The notes beneath the pieces were generated by a model. It searched no databases. It was not told the origin of the DNA and saw only the letters and a list, made by a program, of their open reading frames with translations. A program made the translations under genes and the position numbers. Of a DNA stretch of 64,000 nucleotides, positions 26,601 to 41,600 are shown in pieces (within the stretch, counting starts at the first letter, position 1; each line of letters begins with the position of its first letter). Location of the stretch: the NCBI GenBank assembly GCA_002633005.1, contig NMRA01000166.1:558001-622000 (forward strand). The letters are read 5' to 3'. The DNA is from Phoronis australis. Taxonomy: Eukaryota > Animalia > Phoronida.

Positions 26601-29600
26601 AGGTTGATTCCAAGCCATCCAAATTAGGCTGTGTCTTTTCAGTCTTGGGTAATTCTGTCAATTTCTGGTGTTGGTTGAAAATTACTATCGTGGCCAGGAC
26701 TATTTTAAGACTTTAATTTTTGGAATTACTTGTCCAATTTTGTTGTGGAAACAAAGTCCTGCTCAAGATGTAAACATCCTTTTTAAACAAGATCGGGATC
26801 GATTTGAAATCTTAGTTTCTCCAATGTAACGTGGTCAGCCTGACCAGTTCTATCCAAATAACATCCTCAGTAGGGAACTAGTCATTAATAGAGTGACTCA
26901 ACAGAAGAGTAAAAAAATAGGGTTCTTGAATTTACGTAGCAATTTTGTCAATAAAAACCCATGCCTTGAGCTGCAGTTTCAAGCATGGCTTGTCAGATAA
27001 TTATACACATCACTAACTCACAATAAAAGCTGTTCCTGAAAGAATGTGCATAAACCAATTGTGATGAAGGAATCTCATTTAAGGGGCACGTATGTGACAT
27101 GTAAACACAAAATTAGAAAAAAAAATCCAAATTTTCAGGAGTTGAAAACTAAAGCTATTTGATTATCAGTCAGTTTTGCTGTCTTCTGCTTTTGCAGCTG
27201 TTTCAATTATAGCTAATAACAGAGTTCTTTCAATCCTCCATTTTGAGTAGGATTACTACCAAGGCATAGCTTATGCAACAACTGTTGTTAATTTGACTGT
27301 TTTATCACTTTTTGCCCTTCGTGTTTGGTAGTGAGCTGAGATGTACATTCCGAGTTTTCAGAATTACATTTCATTTAATTTAATTTTTGGAATTATATTC
27401 ACCTGGTATGGTTGTTGGGTTAGTTTGATTATTGTTATTGGAAAGCTGAACTTCTGTACATGTTCTCATTCTTCATCAGGGTAAAGGTAGATCATCCATT
27501 CTATCCCTGATGCTTAAGCTGATCAGGAAGACGGCTGTCAATCATCAGCTACAAACCACGGTGTTGCACCTGACTGTGAAGGTAAGGCCAATGGGCAAAG
27601 AACTGCAAACCGTACATCAATATCACTAAGCTGTGAGACATTAAGTGGCTGAGAATTTTGCTTCTTCCCTGAATTTTGATTTTTTAAAAAAGACTTTTAG
27701 TCTCATTGTAGTGTTCAGTGTTGTTTGTATGTTTAGTCAAGCATCATATCTAACTTGAAGATAACGAATTTTCACAATGAAAACAGCACAACACTTAGCT
27801 TAATTTTAGTAAGCTTGGACAAGCTTAATTTTAGTAAGCATGGACAAGCTTAATGACTCATCGTCTTATTTGATATTCTTCTCCAAACTAGAATTTCCTT
27901 GGTTTTTTACTAACCATTGTTTGGCTAGCTTAAAAAAGACAGCTGATAAGTTAGGTAAATAAACCCTGCTTAAGTATCTTGAAAAGCCAGTTGGATTGGT
28001 CTCGTTTTTGGCCATTGAATTCTTAGTTAGGATAATGCTGACAAGGTTGATTAAGGTTGTGTACTAAGCTTTTTAGTAAGCGTTATTTAAGTTGAATGAA
28101 TGTAGTTGCATATCTTCTCTTGTTTCCCCAGCTTCTGCTAGCTACAGGTGTGTTTGAAGATGACCACCGAAGTGAACTTGACACGTGGTTGTCTGTTATG
28201 ACAGATTGTCTCCATGACGACGAGGTGGTGGTGACTGACTTCTTGGAGTCAGTTATGGGCAATGTGATCAACAACCCATTCAAGTACGCTGATGCAGCGC
28301 TAGAGTTGATGACGCACTGTGGATTGTTTGGCGAAAAAAGTAAGAGCTTCAGTTGTTCTTGGTAGAAAATGACGGCAGTGTTGTGTGTTATCTGCCTTGC
28401 TGGTTGTTCTTTTCTGATTTTGACAAACATCTTCCTTCTCTGTTTTCTTAATCTAAGATGTCTTTAAACTGTCTTCAATAGTCTTCTTTGTCTTCACTGT
28501 GTCATGACATTGTAGGCAAATTAAGTCATTCAGTGAAGTAGAACTGATGATGCTTCTTGTTGTGTCTGGCTTCACCCTCTGTTAGTATGTTGTGGTTATA
28601 AAATTAATGTACAAAATGTTGTAAATGTATTGATGTTAACAGTCATCTGTTATTTGGTGATTAACCAAGTTTTGATTTTCATATGTTGCAAGAATTCAGG
28701 CTCTTTAACGATTTTATCAAGGTTACTATTTAGAATATGCCTCTGTAACTGTTAAAATGTTTTTTCACACGAGTGGTGATTATGGATGCTATAATTCACT
28801 GGTTCTATTTATGAAACGTTTTCTCTTAATTGTAGAAATAAGAATCATTTGATTGTTTGTTTAGCATGATATCATTCTGACGAACCTGTGACACGCGAGT
28901 CCTTTAATGAACATGTTTGACTACAGTTCCTGTCTACTCTCTTCAGATGGCCTGTACACTGCAAATCAGACATCACCTCCATCTGGTGGCTCCAGGTTAC
29001 CATTCTCATTGCTGTCCGTTGCAGCTGTTGATGGACTAATCAGTCAGAAGGGTGGTAATTACCAGGGTAGGTAATGATGTACTGTTTGCTTGTACTTTTC
29101 CATAGCCATTGGTCCAAGTCAGGAAAGAGTGACTGCGCCAAATTGTTGAAGCTTGTTAGAAATTCTAGAAATATTAGGCACTACTGGATGTCCCAAATTC
29201 AAGAATTACGATCAACGAAAAACTGATCATTCGCCTAGCTCGATTTTAAACACTATGGGGACTCATATATACGTTGCATCAGTGGCCATTTTGAATGTTT
29301 TTTTAACTGTCAAGTGTATTTTCGGACTATGTTGATATACTGGGCAGTTTGGATATTTCAGAAATATGACGAATGCCAAAGTCGCCATGTCCTAATCCTT
29401 GTAATCAGGAAAATTCATTTTCGGCTTTAATTCCTATGTCCCAAATTTCAGAGACTGTCCCAAAGTGGATAATACTGTAGTTGTGGAACAGCTGCGTCTA
29501 GTCATGAACATACTTATTGCAACCAATCACCACAGTGTTGGAATTCTTTTTTCTGCATATAAAGAAAAAAGCTGATTCAATTCCATAATTTGAATTTTCT

Positions 29601-32600
29601 GAAATAAACTGATTCATTACAAGATCATAAAATTTGTGGTAAATCATTTATGGTTTAATGATGATAATTATTTTTCAGTTTCTGTATTATAAACCAACTG
29701 TGGCTTGGTAGGTGTACTCCTTGATTTGTGTAATGTGATTTCTTTCCAGTGTTGCATGGATATGTCAGTAAAGTGTTACTGATTATTCTTCACGACCTCG
29801 TTGACCCGACCCCTTTGGCTACTCTTATATCCCACAATGCAGCAGTATTTCCTGACCTTCAAATTGTGGCAGCTACATGGATTCAAAAGGTATGTTGCCT
29901 ACACTATTGGTTATGCAGTCATCAAAAATTAAACATTTTGAAACTGCGAAAACTTTCCGTGGATTTCTGTATGATTTCCTGATCTGTGATTTTGGCTTAT
30001 AGTGATTTAATTCGCAGAACCTTCACATTCTTTTAAATTAAAATAAAAAGACTTTGGGAAATTGCCAACAAATTTATGCCATGACCTTGTTGAAGCTATT
30101 GGATGAATTGAAGTCTGCACACACAGTACTATGTTTCTATTTTTTGTGTGCGACATGTTGCTATGTCACTATAACCAGCGCACACCATACCACTTTTTGT
30201 CAAGACTAAGGCCCGTTGCTTTACAGCTGCTTCGTGTAGAGTTATCAAAATGATCAACAAAAGGTGTTTAGCATACGACATAATGCGTACGCATTATAAT
30301 CCGTACGCATTATGCTCATCTCAGGCGTAACGTGCTGCAGCTGTAATTAAGCTTTCATTTTCCATCATATCTGAAATCCCATTGGTTGAGTTTGACCTCA
30401 ATCATGGCGAATAATTGGTGTCATACATGCGATACAACAAAGCACGAGAAAAGGCTTGTCGTCAAGCTGTTGTTAACCAACGCACACGAAACAGGATTTC
30501 CCATCAGCAACATTTTCATTTGTGAAAAATTGTATCGTGTGTACTGACATTTAAAACAACACTTCATTTGTTTAAAAACAAATTACTTCCAATATTTTGA
30601 TGCCATACACTAATACTTTTCAAGGGCCAAAATATATCTGCTTCATGGCAAGCTCTGTCCTCCGATTTCCTCGGTCTGCTCATGAAAAGTTTTCACCTGC
30701 ATAAGTGTGGTGCACAATTGCGACAGAAGATATTGACTTGTCTACAACAGAGGGCGCTGGAACGTCTCCCAGAGTCTGTTCATCAGGCAGTGCTGTACTT
30801 AAAGACATTGATATTTAAGTCTTGTGAGGTAAGAAAAGTTCGGAATCCATCACTTAAAACTTCACATCACTAAACAACATTATTGCCTAGTCTATGGATC
30901 TGTGCATGCTGTTATTAATTCTGTATGGATTAAGTTGGTTCAATGGTGACTAACATCCGTGTCAGATACACTCTGTATATCTTTACCTATTAGCAATTTG
31001 TGTTCACCTGAGGTATGCAGAGTGAGAGCAAGTGCTGAAAAGAAACACTAGTGTCAGTGGTAGTCATTTGTCTGTTTGTAAGTTTGAGGCTGTATTTAGC
31101 TCTTGCCAATCTGATATTTAGTCTGCATCTACTAGTTTTCATCAAAATTATTTTTTCCACTTTTTTGTCGAAAGTGGTTCCTAACATCCCAGTTTGGGAA
31201 AAATTATTTTCAAACAATTGATAAAAATATGGTACAATATCATCTGATACTCTGAATGAAATATAGCATTGTTTTTTGTTTTGTGACCCTTGTTCAAAAT
31301 AAATTGACTTAGTTGTTTATTTTTGCAGGGCACTACACCTGAAAATTACAAAAAGTTGATGAAACTTTATTTTGATGTGATTCTTGAGGTGCTGAAACGT
31401 TTGGAGGAAAGCAAAGAAACAGGAAATGATGTGAAGACAGAACCTAATGTTGAAGAAGCAGACCATGAGATTTCTCTTGCTTCAGTTATTTCAAGTCTTG
31501 CACCAAATAAACCAGAACCGGGAGACCTCCAGCAGGGAATCTGTGACTTTGTACTCGGACAACCATTCATGCTTCATTGGTTTCTGTTGCCTGACGAGAG
31601 TTTTGCGAAAGTTCCCGCAGCTAAACCAATTACAAAGTTGGTAACACACCATTGTTGTCAGTTTCTGAAATTTGCCAAACAAAGTAGCCGTATCAAGTTT
31701 GTTGAGAAAGTGTACTCTGTTCTTGACCGCATTGCTACTGCAGAATTTGAGAAGAGATATGTTGGATATGAGGATCTTTTTGCTGCTGTAGAGATGGCGT
31801 TGCCTTATTTTGGTAGTGATTTGTGCGTTAACGTGTTGGACCGGTTATCACTGCTTGTGGATGAACATGAGAACTGCACCAAGGTTGTCATGGAAACCAT
31901 GAGAAGGTGTGCGTTAGATGAAGGTTTTGCACTGTTGCCGAGACGATGCATTGAAAGCTTGTCGAATTTCGTCCAAAAAAGTTCTGACCTTGGTCTGCAA
32001 GACAAGTTTTTCGAGATTTTACTCAAAAACCCAATTAACTCGTTGTCTTTGAGTGAAGATTTTGTTGTCTGGTGCTTAAATGAGGGGAAGATTGATGTAG
32101 CCAAGGTTGCTGCTGTTCATGACGCAGGGACTTGTACTGTGCTCTGTGATTGGCTAGATAAGAGTTTGAAACAGTGGATGGAAAATGTCCAGCTGTTTGC
32201 TCCTTTGCTGTTGAGTGTTGTGAAGCAAGAAGGGTCTGAAAATGGTAAGGACACTTTCTCCAGGCTGCGGTTAGACTAAGAGAGTTCTCTTTTATTTAGT
32301 ACGGAGTATGTTGTGTTGTCTTTGGTCACAAACTGCTTTATATTGCACATTTAGAAAATAGGACTGGTAATACCCATAAACTATACAGAATTATAGATAT
32401 ACTGTCTGGTGTTTGACTGGTTGTTACCTCATGGCAATTCCTCATCTATTCAGTACATGGCATAGCAAACAGGACGGTGTAATTATGTTATGTTGGATAT
32501 CTCATTGTTAAGCTGCTGCATGCTAACATGGTCAAGCTTTGAAAAATATAACTTCCAATTTTACGCAACCAGTTTATTGGCTGTAAATATGTGGAAAAAA

Positions 32601-35600
32601 TTGTACTAAAGCTTGCTCCCAATGATTTTGTTGGTATGTTGGCCATAAGCAAATTTAAATATTGACCAACTAAAATGCAGTTTTCTGAGCATCTTTAAAT
32701 CTTAATTTTAAGTGTTAAGGATAATTTTCCAGAAGAACATGGTAATTCATATTTTTGTTAGTCACTCAAGGTGAGTGATTGAGAGCTTTAACTAAAAGGC
32801 AGTTGTTAGACAGAGTGTTAGAGGTTGAAGATGTCATGTATTATTTAAGGATCACTGACTGAAGTCTTGAGAAAAGTGTTGTGGAATGATAAGTGGTTGG
32901 AAATGGTGGGCAGTATACAGAGTGTGGAAAGTGCAGTCATTGACTTAATGGTTCTAGTCATTCCATTGACCAAGGGTGGTAAGTTAATATGTGGTATTAG
33001 ATATGTCCAAGTGTTTTAGAAATGTGATGTAGCCAACATGGCTGCTGCTGTTGATATCATGAAACAATTTGATTTGTTGATTTGTCAGAGGTATGAATTG
33101 TCAGATGTTCTCAAGTTCTGATTTCTCTCCTGATCCGAATAAGTTACCAGGTGTTGCACCATTTGTTTTGCCATACATGAATTCAGACGTTAGTTTTCTG
33201 TCATCAAACAATGTCGAAGACGGGTTACTTGTCATTCTTATTCCCATACACCAGACCACCAGGTGGCCTCTAACACTCTCGAATCACCCGAAGACAGTTT
33301 TTCCCTACTCACATTTGTGGGGAATATGTCGCCAGTGCACCTAATTGTGTCACCGAGCTTAAAATGAAGTGCAGAACCAAAGTACAAATATGGTACCTAG
33401 CTGTTCGGATTGATCTCATATCTGCAGTATTTGCTGTGCACTTGTGGAACTTCACAACAGGAACTACAGAGGGAGTGACCAAACTGGTTTTGTTGGAACT
33501 ATTCATTTCAAAGAGTTCAAACAACACTTAGCAGATTGTGCATATGTTTGATGCTCACAGGTTCTTGTTGTGGGAACAGTCGTATAATATTGTACTGATA
33601 GTATGCACATTCTGTATAGTAGTATAATTTTTGGGTAAAAGTCGTGTTTTTCCCACTTCAGAACTTCTGTCAATCCTTCAACAACTCCAGCCCAGCAAAG
33701 ACCCTGTAGCATTTCATCTGTATGTAAACGTAACCTCCAAACTCCAGCTAGTATGCTCGGATGGAAACCAGTGGATAAGTCGTGCAGACATGGTCAGCCA
33801 CTGTATTCAGACCGTCACACTGTGCTGTGGAGACAAAGACTCTAACCTTTGCCAGACTGCTTTAGAGACTGCTATCTGTACATGGAAGGTGAGGCTTTCA
33901 ATTATGTAACGTTACTTATAAATATTTAGACTTATCGTGTTCGTCCAAAGTGTTGAAAGGCAAAGTTCTGAAAGAGACGAACTCTCATTTTGAAAACTGA
34001 TTTGTGCTCCAAATGATTATGGAGTGTGTCATTGTTGAATGTAACATTGAAGGTTACACCATTCATATACAGTAAGCTAATTAGTAATGTCTGGCGGTCA
34101 TGGATATTGTAATGGCAACATGAGCTTGTTATCAACTCAGTGAAACCACAGCGCCATCACAAGAGATGCAGTTCTTATTTTGATCAGAAGTCTTAAATGT
34201 CTTTAGAGTTAATGTGATGATTATTATTGTGATCTAACTTTATAGTGTTACGGACATTTGCTCGAATATTTTGTTGACTTTTCCTGACAACTAGATTGTA
34301 TGTTTGCATCTAGTGCTTCAACCAGATGAATGATAAGATCTATCATCTATGTGAAGAGTTGGTTTACCCTGACGCGTGTGCTGTCTTCATGAGAATTAAA
34401 CAGTAGCTACAAAAATGACTAATACCAGCAAAATTTTGAAGGTACAGAGAAATGCTTCTTGTGTTATGAGTAGATGGCGTTAAAAGTTGCTATTTTGAGC
34501 TCATGTTGCAGTCTACTCATATAAGTCACCAGTGTGGACAACATGTAATTAATTGTTTTTCCTTTTTAGGAAGCGACTTCAACTGACAAAGAAAAACTGC
34601 CAGTTGTGATACCAAAGGATGCGTGGAAAAGCTTTGTTAAAGCTGGTTTAAAGTAAGTTGCTTTGGCTACAATCAGGTAGAATTGATCAACATAACTGAT
34701 CACTTTGGTGGAATGAATTGTCTCCAAATGTGTTCCTTTGTGGTAAACATTTTAAAAATTTTTTTACATTTTTCGTGGTAGTTAACAGTCAGGTTACTCA
34801 TTGTAAACTTATGGTTTTATGCTAATGCCTAGATTAAATGCTCGCCCCAAATTTTACAAAAATCATTCTTGAAAGTCTCTTTGAAGTCATGCTTGGCCTA
34901 CTGTTCAAATTAGGTTTTTTGAGTTTCTCAGTTTAATTGCCAGAACGAATCATTTGTGATCACATTTCTCATGTGTGCATCTTTCACAGATACCTGTATG
35001 GTGAGCCCCTGTTAACAGACCTTCTGTCTAGTCTGTTGCCTTTGCTGTATGCCGCCGGTAGTGCGCATAGTCCAGCCTTGGGTCAACTCTATGAGATGAC
35101 CATTAGCCACTCACAGTTTTTAGCACTGATGCTGGGTGATCCATATCTTCCCAAGAAAGGTCTGTGGTAGCATTGTATTAATTCTTGCATGATGTGGCCA
35201 AATTGTCAAAGTTGATGGATATTAATTTTCTGAACAGCTGACAAGGCAGTAGGGCTTAAAAACTAAACATATTTGATTCAGGTCTGTGCCTGATTAAAAG
35301 ATGCAAAAAAAGACAAAGTTCATGTCTGCATCGTTTTTGTTGTTTTGGAAATTTGGCAAGAGTGTTAACTTTCAGTCCTATTAACTTGGAGACATCTGGA
35401 CGGATCCAGCTGTTGTTGTACCTCTTATGGCAATTTGTTTTAACTTCTGTATCTTTGGAGCTCCTTGGCAGATTTTTATGAAATTTCATTTGGCAAGTAG
35501 TTCTATTAGGGTAACAATGATGCCATTCCATTTTCAGATGGGTTTGTTATATTCTGCCCCATCTAATAGCAACTTTTATGATACTTAACCACCCCCAGAT

Positions 35601-38600
35601 GCATACTGTGCAGTTGTGGATGCATTTCAATGCTCCACATTGCTCTTGTAAACATGGCTTAGCTTATCTTTTGATTTATTTGAAATTTATATGGTTAAAT
35701 AATAAAAATAATCACTGATATTCCAGCGTCTCTGGTAAAACTGTTGGTTGTGATTAAGGAGCTGGACAATTCACCTTGTGAGAGTGGTCATCTGTCTGTG
35801 CTTCTTGGTTCTTACAGTGCAACGCTCTGCCAAACTGGTGAGTTTTAACAGCTTATTAATATGTTAAATGACAGCAAAAATTCAATTTTCAGACCTCGGA
35901 AGTGGTGCCCAATGTTACTGGGGGTGCCCAAAGACCAACCAAAGAGGGGGAGGGGCACAGCTGTTCACTTCTGGAATCTAGTCTTTAAATATATTACTTA
36001 ACACCTGTAAATATATTACATAACACCCGTAAATATATTACATAACACCTGTAAATATATTACATAACACCTGTAAATATATTACATAACACCTGTATAT
36101 ATATTACATAACACCTGCAAATATATTACATAACACCATGTGTTGTCTAGAGCAGTGCAATGAGCTAGTTTTCTAGACTAAGGCCCCTTTGCACAGAACA
36201 TTGTATAGAAAGTAGAACCTTGATGTTTTCTGCCATATAAGATGATTCCTTATGTTTTGATGAGCAGGCTAACTCAACAGACCTGCTGGAACTTATGAAC
36301 CATCATAAATGACCATGGTCTGCTCTCACCTTAGGGGGAATACATGAAGACGTGTTATACATTAATTGTTTGATTTTGACCATCTTGCACAGTTTTCACC
36401 AAGGTAACTCAATCAGACCAGACTTTTAACTAATCGCTTAGCCTAGTGTGTTCATAAAGGTCAAAGATGTTCATTTTATGGACCACCCATTCAAACATGG
36501 ACTCTGAATATGGCCACTTCACAGAACATGCCTCAAATTCAATTACTGGATTTCAGAGACCATCAAGATGCATGCTATTGTGAACAATTCTAAGAATGGA
36601 AACGAAGCAAGGATATGTCTAATATGTGGATCAGCTACAACAAATACAAATAGTGGATATGTTGAACCGCTGTATATATCAACAATGACCCCGGCATGGC
36701 TGAGGGCCAGATACATCTAGGATTATGTAATTGATGATTGAACTAAAATTTACAATTACCTTCTGAAGCAGCCATGGGCCCTTAATATTGAATTTCTTGC
36801 TGATGTCATTTTAATAAGAATAAGTTATTTAAAATAATGAACTGTTTTTTTATTTTTGGTAAAGATTTATGATATTTGAAAGCTATGTTTTTGACGCTCA
36901 CTGGCAGCCGGTTGACTCAGTAATCTGGTTTATTGCTTAGAAGATATAGAAGTATGGTTAGTCTTCTTTGAAACTCATAGAATATTTTATGCTTTTCGAC
37001 AGAGATCATCTTTTTCACTGCTTCACTGTACATTGTTCAATAAGTTAATTTACTGCATCAGGGCTCCGTGCGTTCAAACAGACAAAAATACTTTGCTACA
37101 TAAGGGTGCATTCATAACTACCTTAGATGTCTATCAGTTTCTGGACATTTATTTTCAAAATTTGTAAATTAGAATTTTGAGAAGCAATAACTAAAATTGT
37201 TAGATTGGTTACCCACATTTCCGTCACATGGTTCAAGGCCAATGTTCACCTGCTGCACAGTGCCTTTGTGCATTGCTACTAAAAAAGGTTCTACATAAAG
37301 TGAGAAGTGTTCCTAAATGGTACCCAATGTGAAATAGTGTACCCCGATCTTTAGTCTACATGTACTCCGTGTGGCAGCTGATATCATAATTACCATGTGA
37401 CCTGTGCCATTATGTAGCTAATTGTCCTACTTAACAAAAATTGCCTGTTTTGTCTTGATCTCATTCATTTCAGTTAGTAGTGTGACAGTACAATTTATCC
37501 AAGAATCTCTGTATTTTCAGACCGCTACATATTGCGATTAATGCACCTCTATGAACAGAATGGAGGGGACCTCACACAACATAAGTGAGTTGATAACTTG
37601 AGACTAATTCAAAAAAGCATATTGTTCAAGTCTGCTCTTTTGAAAACTGAGTCAGTGGTGTGGTATTTTTATCAAAAAACAAAGTCCACTTGATGAACTA
37701 AAATGATGCAGTATTTGTTTTTCATTCACGGCTTGGTAAACCATGGCATTCCAAACCTTGCTTACCCTTACGTACGTGCCTTTCTGCAACTTTTCATAAA
37801 TAGTAAGACATTTGGCTTAAATTGACGCAGGCTGACATTTTATGCACCCACATATTTATTTATATGTGGGCGCATTATTCTTTAAAATTTGTTTTTTGTG
37901 TCGATCGTGAGCAGTCTGTTTGATGAAGATTCTATTGTCTTTTAACTAAAAAACCGGTCTACAGATGCTTTACAAAATCAGGCTAAGGCTGAAAATCAGA
38001 AGTTAAAAGAGGGAAATTCGTAGCCTTCTCCGAAGCAGACTAAGAACGAGAAACAGGCCCCAGGTCTCATAGTGAGTCTAGGTGCACGCCAGGTCCAATT
38101 ATGTCTTTTTGTCCTTAGTACCAGATTTTGGATCTTTCAGGAATTCAGTAGTTACTGTGCCTTGTAAGGAAAATGGTCATACTTTTTATCGTGTTGGCAA
38201 GACTGCCAGTTAATGTGAGGGCTGTTCCAGCAAAATCGGTATGGGAGGGGGAGACGGCAGTTGAAATGAAAATTCATGGGTGGTGCTCTTCAGAAAACAC
38301 TCATTCAAATTATGGGTGGTTGTTCTTGTAAGAAACAAAACATTAAAACTGTGTGTGGTATTTTTTACCTGTAGATGTTGACAGGTTGGTATTTTCAGCC
38401 AAACACATCTCAAAAGAAATCAAAACTCACCAAAAATTCACTTGGCAAATACCCTATCACATCCCAAAACAAAAAACAAGCCCATGTAGCCAGTGTACAG
38501 AGTGCAATATGTACAATATGCCATTAATCACGTTATGGGCAACTTGATTACAAGCACATGTTGGTACTGCAGTCATATTAGAATGAAAATTTCTGCAACA

Positions 38601-41600
38601 CTAAACTGGTGTTAACACATATAAGAAAATTGATGATTTTTAAATAAAAAGTATGAGGATTAAGATAGACAAGTTCTTAAAGCTTTCGTGGAGACAGTCT
38701 GAAATTCATAGATCCATGAAATTGAAAAAATGTTATTGAAATTACACAGACATATGATGGACAGAGACACCTGGTGGCTGCCAAAAGTATTGCTCACAGG
38801 TGTCTTTGAAAAGCAAATTTCTGGTAACTGATATGAGTTGTGATCTCACATGGAATTTTTCTGGACCCACAAAAACTTTGTGGTCGGTCCATCTGTCATT
38901 ATCATATCTTGTCCATCAATTATCTCAAGAACAATTGATTTCCAGGCGGATTTGGCAACTTTGGTACCCCATGTTGGCCGCTTTAGTTTTCGACAAGCCA
39001 TTCCTTGTATGTTGATTATCTCAAAAACTGCTTCACTGATCACGATGAAATTCAAAGTAAAAGAACATTGCAAGAATGTGCCAGCACCAGTCAATTTTTG
39101 GACTCTGGACTCAACTATTGTGGCACCCCATTAGTTTTTGACAAGACAGGTTGATGATCTTAAAAAGTGCTAGGCACAACTGGAAATTTGGCACAAAAAT
39201 ATATAGCAGGGATGGATGCGTTGATAGAAGTCATTTTCGTTTTGATTCAACCACCCTCTTGGCTACTTTAGTTTTTGACAATATTGGACAAGTCAACTAG
39301 TTCTTGTCTGTCTGTTCTTAACAGGTCATCTGGAAGGCAATTTGTTTGCAAGTATTGGATTTTATATTTTAACCTATTAGTTAAAAAATTATGGGTTGTG
39401 GTTTGGAGAAATAAATGAAAAATATGAGCGGTGGGTACGAAATAAATGTGCCTACCCACCCTCCCATACATTTTTTTGCTGGAACAGCCCTGAGTACTTT
39501 ATCTTTATTGGAAAATTGTTTGTAAGAGTCATCAGATTAATTGACAGTGTATCAGACATTGAAATAGATGTAGCCAGTCATTTTAAAACTGCTTTAAATC
39601 CATCTTCTGTTAAAAATTAACTGCTGGGTTGCCAGGAATTTACCAGAATTCTATTCAGTTTAGGTCATAAAAACAGTTACGTTGGCTTGAGCATAAATTA
39701 GGTTTGATATGGTGTGCTATCTTATGTCCATATTTTCAGACCTTACTTGTGGGGAAGAAAGGCAATAGATGAGCACTTTACAAGCAAACATCTGGGCAGA
39801 TCGTTATCTGCACTTCCTAGCCCATCAGATGTACTTGATTTGTTGAACCCAGCCACTCTAGAGAAGTCAGCGCTGAACTTTCCCCTTACAAGGAAGCTGG
39901 TGCCCGTTGCTGAACCAGGGACGCACCATGATAGACTTGGAGAAGATGTATATGACCCTTGTTTCATGCTTCCACTCTTCAGTTCTTTAGTGCAGCCTGG
40001 TATGTATTATCTGTTTGTCCTAAAATGTGGATTATATGCGAGTCATATGGCACTATCCATCAATTCTAAATTTGCGGGGTCACAAATAAGTGAGAAATTG
40101 TCTCTTTGTATTCAACTGCTGCAATAGACTGGTAAGTATTATGTGCCCATATGTGCGCCTGTGCATTTGTGGGGCTGCAATATGCTGTCATTTCTGGCCA
40201 CTGCTGTTCCATCCCTGAGGCAATATCAAGTTATTATCAGCCTCTAAATCTACCAACTTCTCTATGGATATTCTTGAAATTTGTCAGATGTGTTTATTAG
40301 GGAGAATGCAATGCCTGGCTGTTTATGGACAACTGTCAGTAATGCTGTGTACCCTCCTGAGGAAAGTTTTGACATTCATTTATTTAATGAATTGCTTGAC
40401 AGAGATGTTTGTTGAGTTTATCTGGGCTGAGTGGGTGGTTCCCATTAATTTTTGGGATGATTAGGGTTGTGCCATCTTGTCATGTTGTCGGCTTCCATAC
40501 TATTGCTTCCTCTATTCGTAATGACGTCTCCTTTTTGTAACTTTAGAAAGTTGTAATTCACTTGTCAGAACCAAAATGTCCTTGTATTAGATGCCTTCAA
40601 GACTTAACTTCTTGTAAGAAGTATATAGACCTTTTCATTATAATTCACATGTTATTAGTAATATATTTGTTTCTTGTAGTCACTTGTGCTTCACACTTAA
40701 ATTAAATTAATATAGAATATGGGAAACACATTCTTACCCTTGGGCTTAGAAGTCACAGCAATTACATGAGAGAATATAAACAGCTGCGAGCCAGTCCAAC
40801 CACCAACATTCCAGTGTCATACATGTAAAGATTGCTGTGTGATCTGGCTAGGCTGAATTTTCTGTGCGTGCCTGACATTGTGTTGTCCGTTTAATTGCTG
40901 GACTACAATACGGAATATCCAGCCGTGAGTACGCCATTTTTGAGAACTTATGTCGGTGCTCTATTGGACACCATGTTCATTTAGATAGTTGTAAAATGAA
41001 CTTTGCACGTGTTTTTCAATAACTTTAGAGAGACTAGGCAACACAGATATAGGCCTGTAGTTATTGACATCAGAAGTGCCACCACTTTTGTGGTGTGGTG
41101 AGACTTGCTGAATTTTGTTATAAAGTGTGAATTACATTCATAGCTTGTCATTTGAGTGTCAATACTAATGGCCAACGGTTAACTATGCTACTCAATGGAC
41201 CAGTGTTCTCCATAGCTTGTTTTGCCATGTGCAGAAAATAGGTTGAATTTGGCCTGCAACGGGTTGGAAACCATGAGAAGTTGAATCCCTTTAGAGTCAA
41301 AACTCACAACTAATGTGCCCAAATGTTGTAATTCCTGCTTTGAACATAGTGTATGTGTGATCAACCCACCACTTCCTTGAACTGGTTGTTAAAATACACC
41401 ATAGAATGTGTAAGAAAAATGTTTATGAGTGTCTATGTGTGGCGGGGAATCATCAGAGCACATATGAACACATTCTAGAGCCATCTGCCATCCGTGGTCC
41501 TGGACTAGTTGTTTTATGAGCCTATTGGTGGTTATGCTGCCCACATTCACAGACTGGTCCCAGCCCACATGTTTTGAGACTTCATGTAGTAGAAGACTTG

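Noticed and set aside
32400-32535. Candidate intronic H/ACA snoRNA (human URB1 hosts SNORA80)
   Set aside because: There is an H-box-like AGCAAA and a small hairpin, but I could not identify matching guide pockets or a second hairpin. An Infernal/Rfam scan of all URB1 introns would settle it.
33093-33530. Open frames in URB1 intron 19 as a possible extra exon
   Set aside because: Exon 19 (phase 1) joins 33662 in frame, and I found no donor/acceptor pair giving a URB1-like peptide. RNA-seq could still reveal one.
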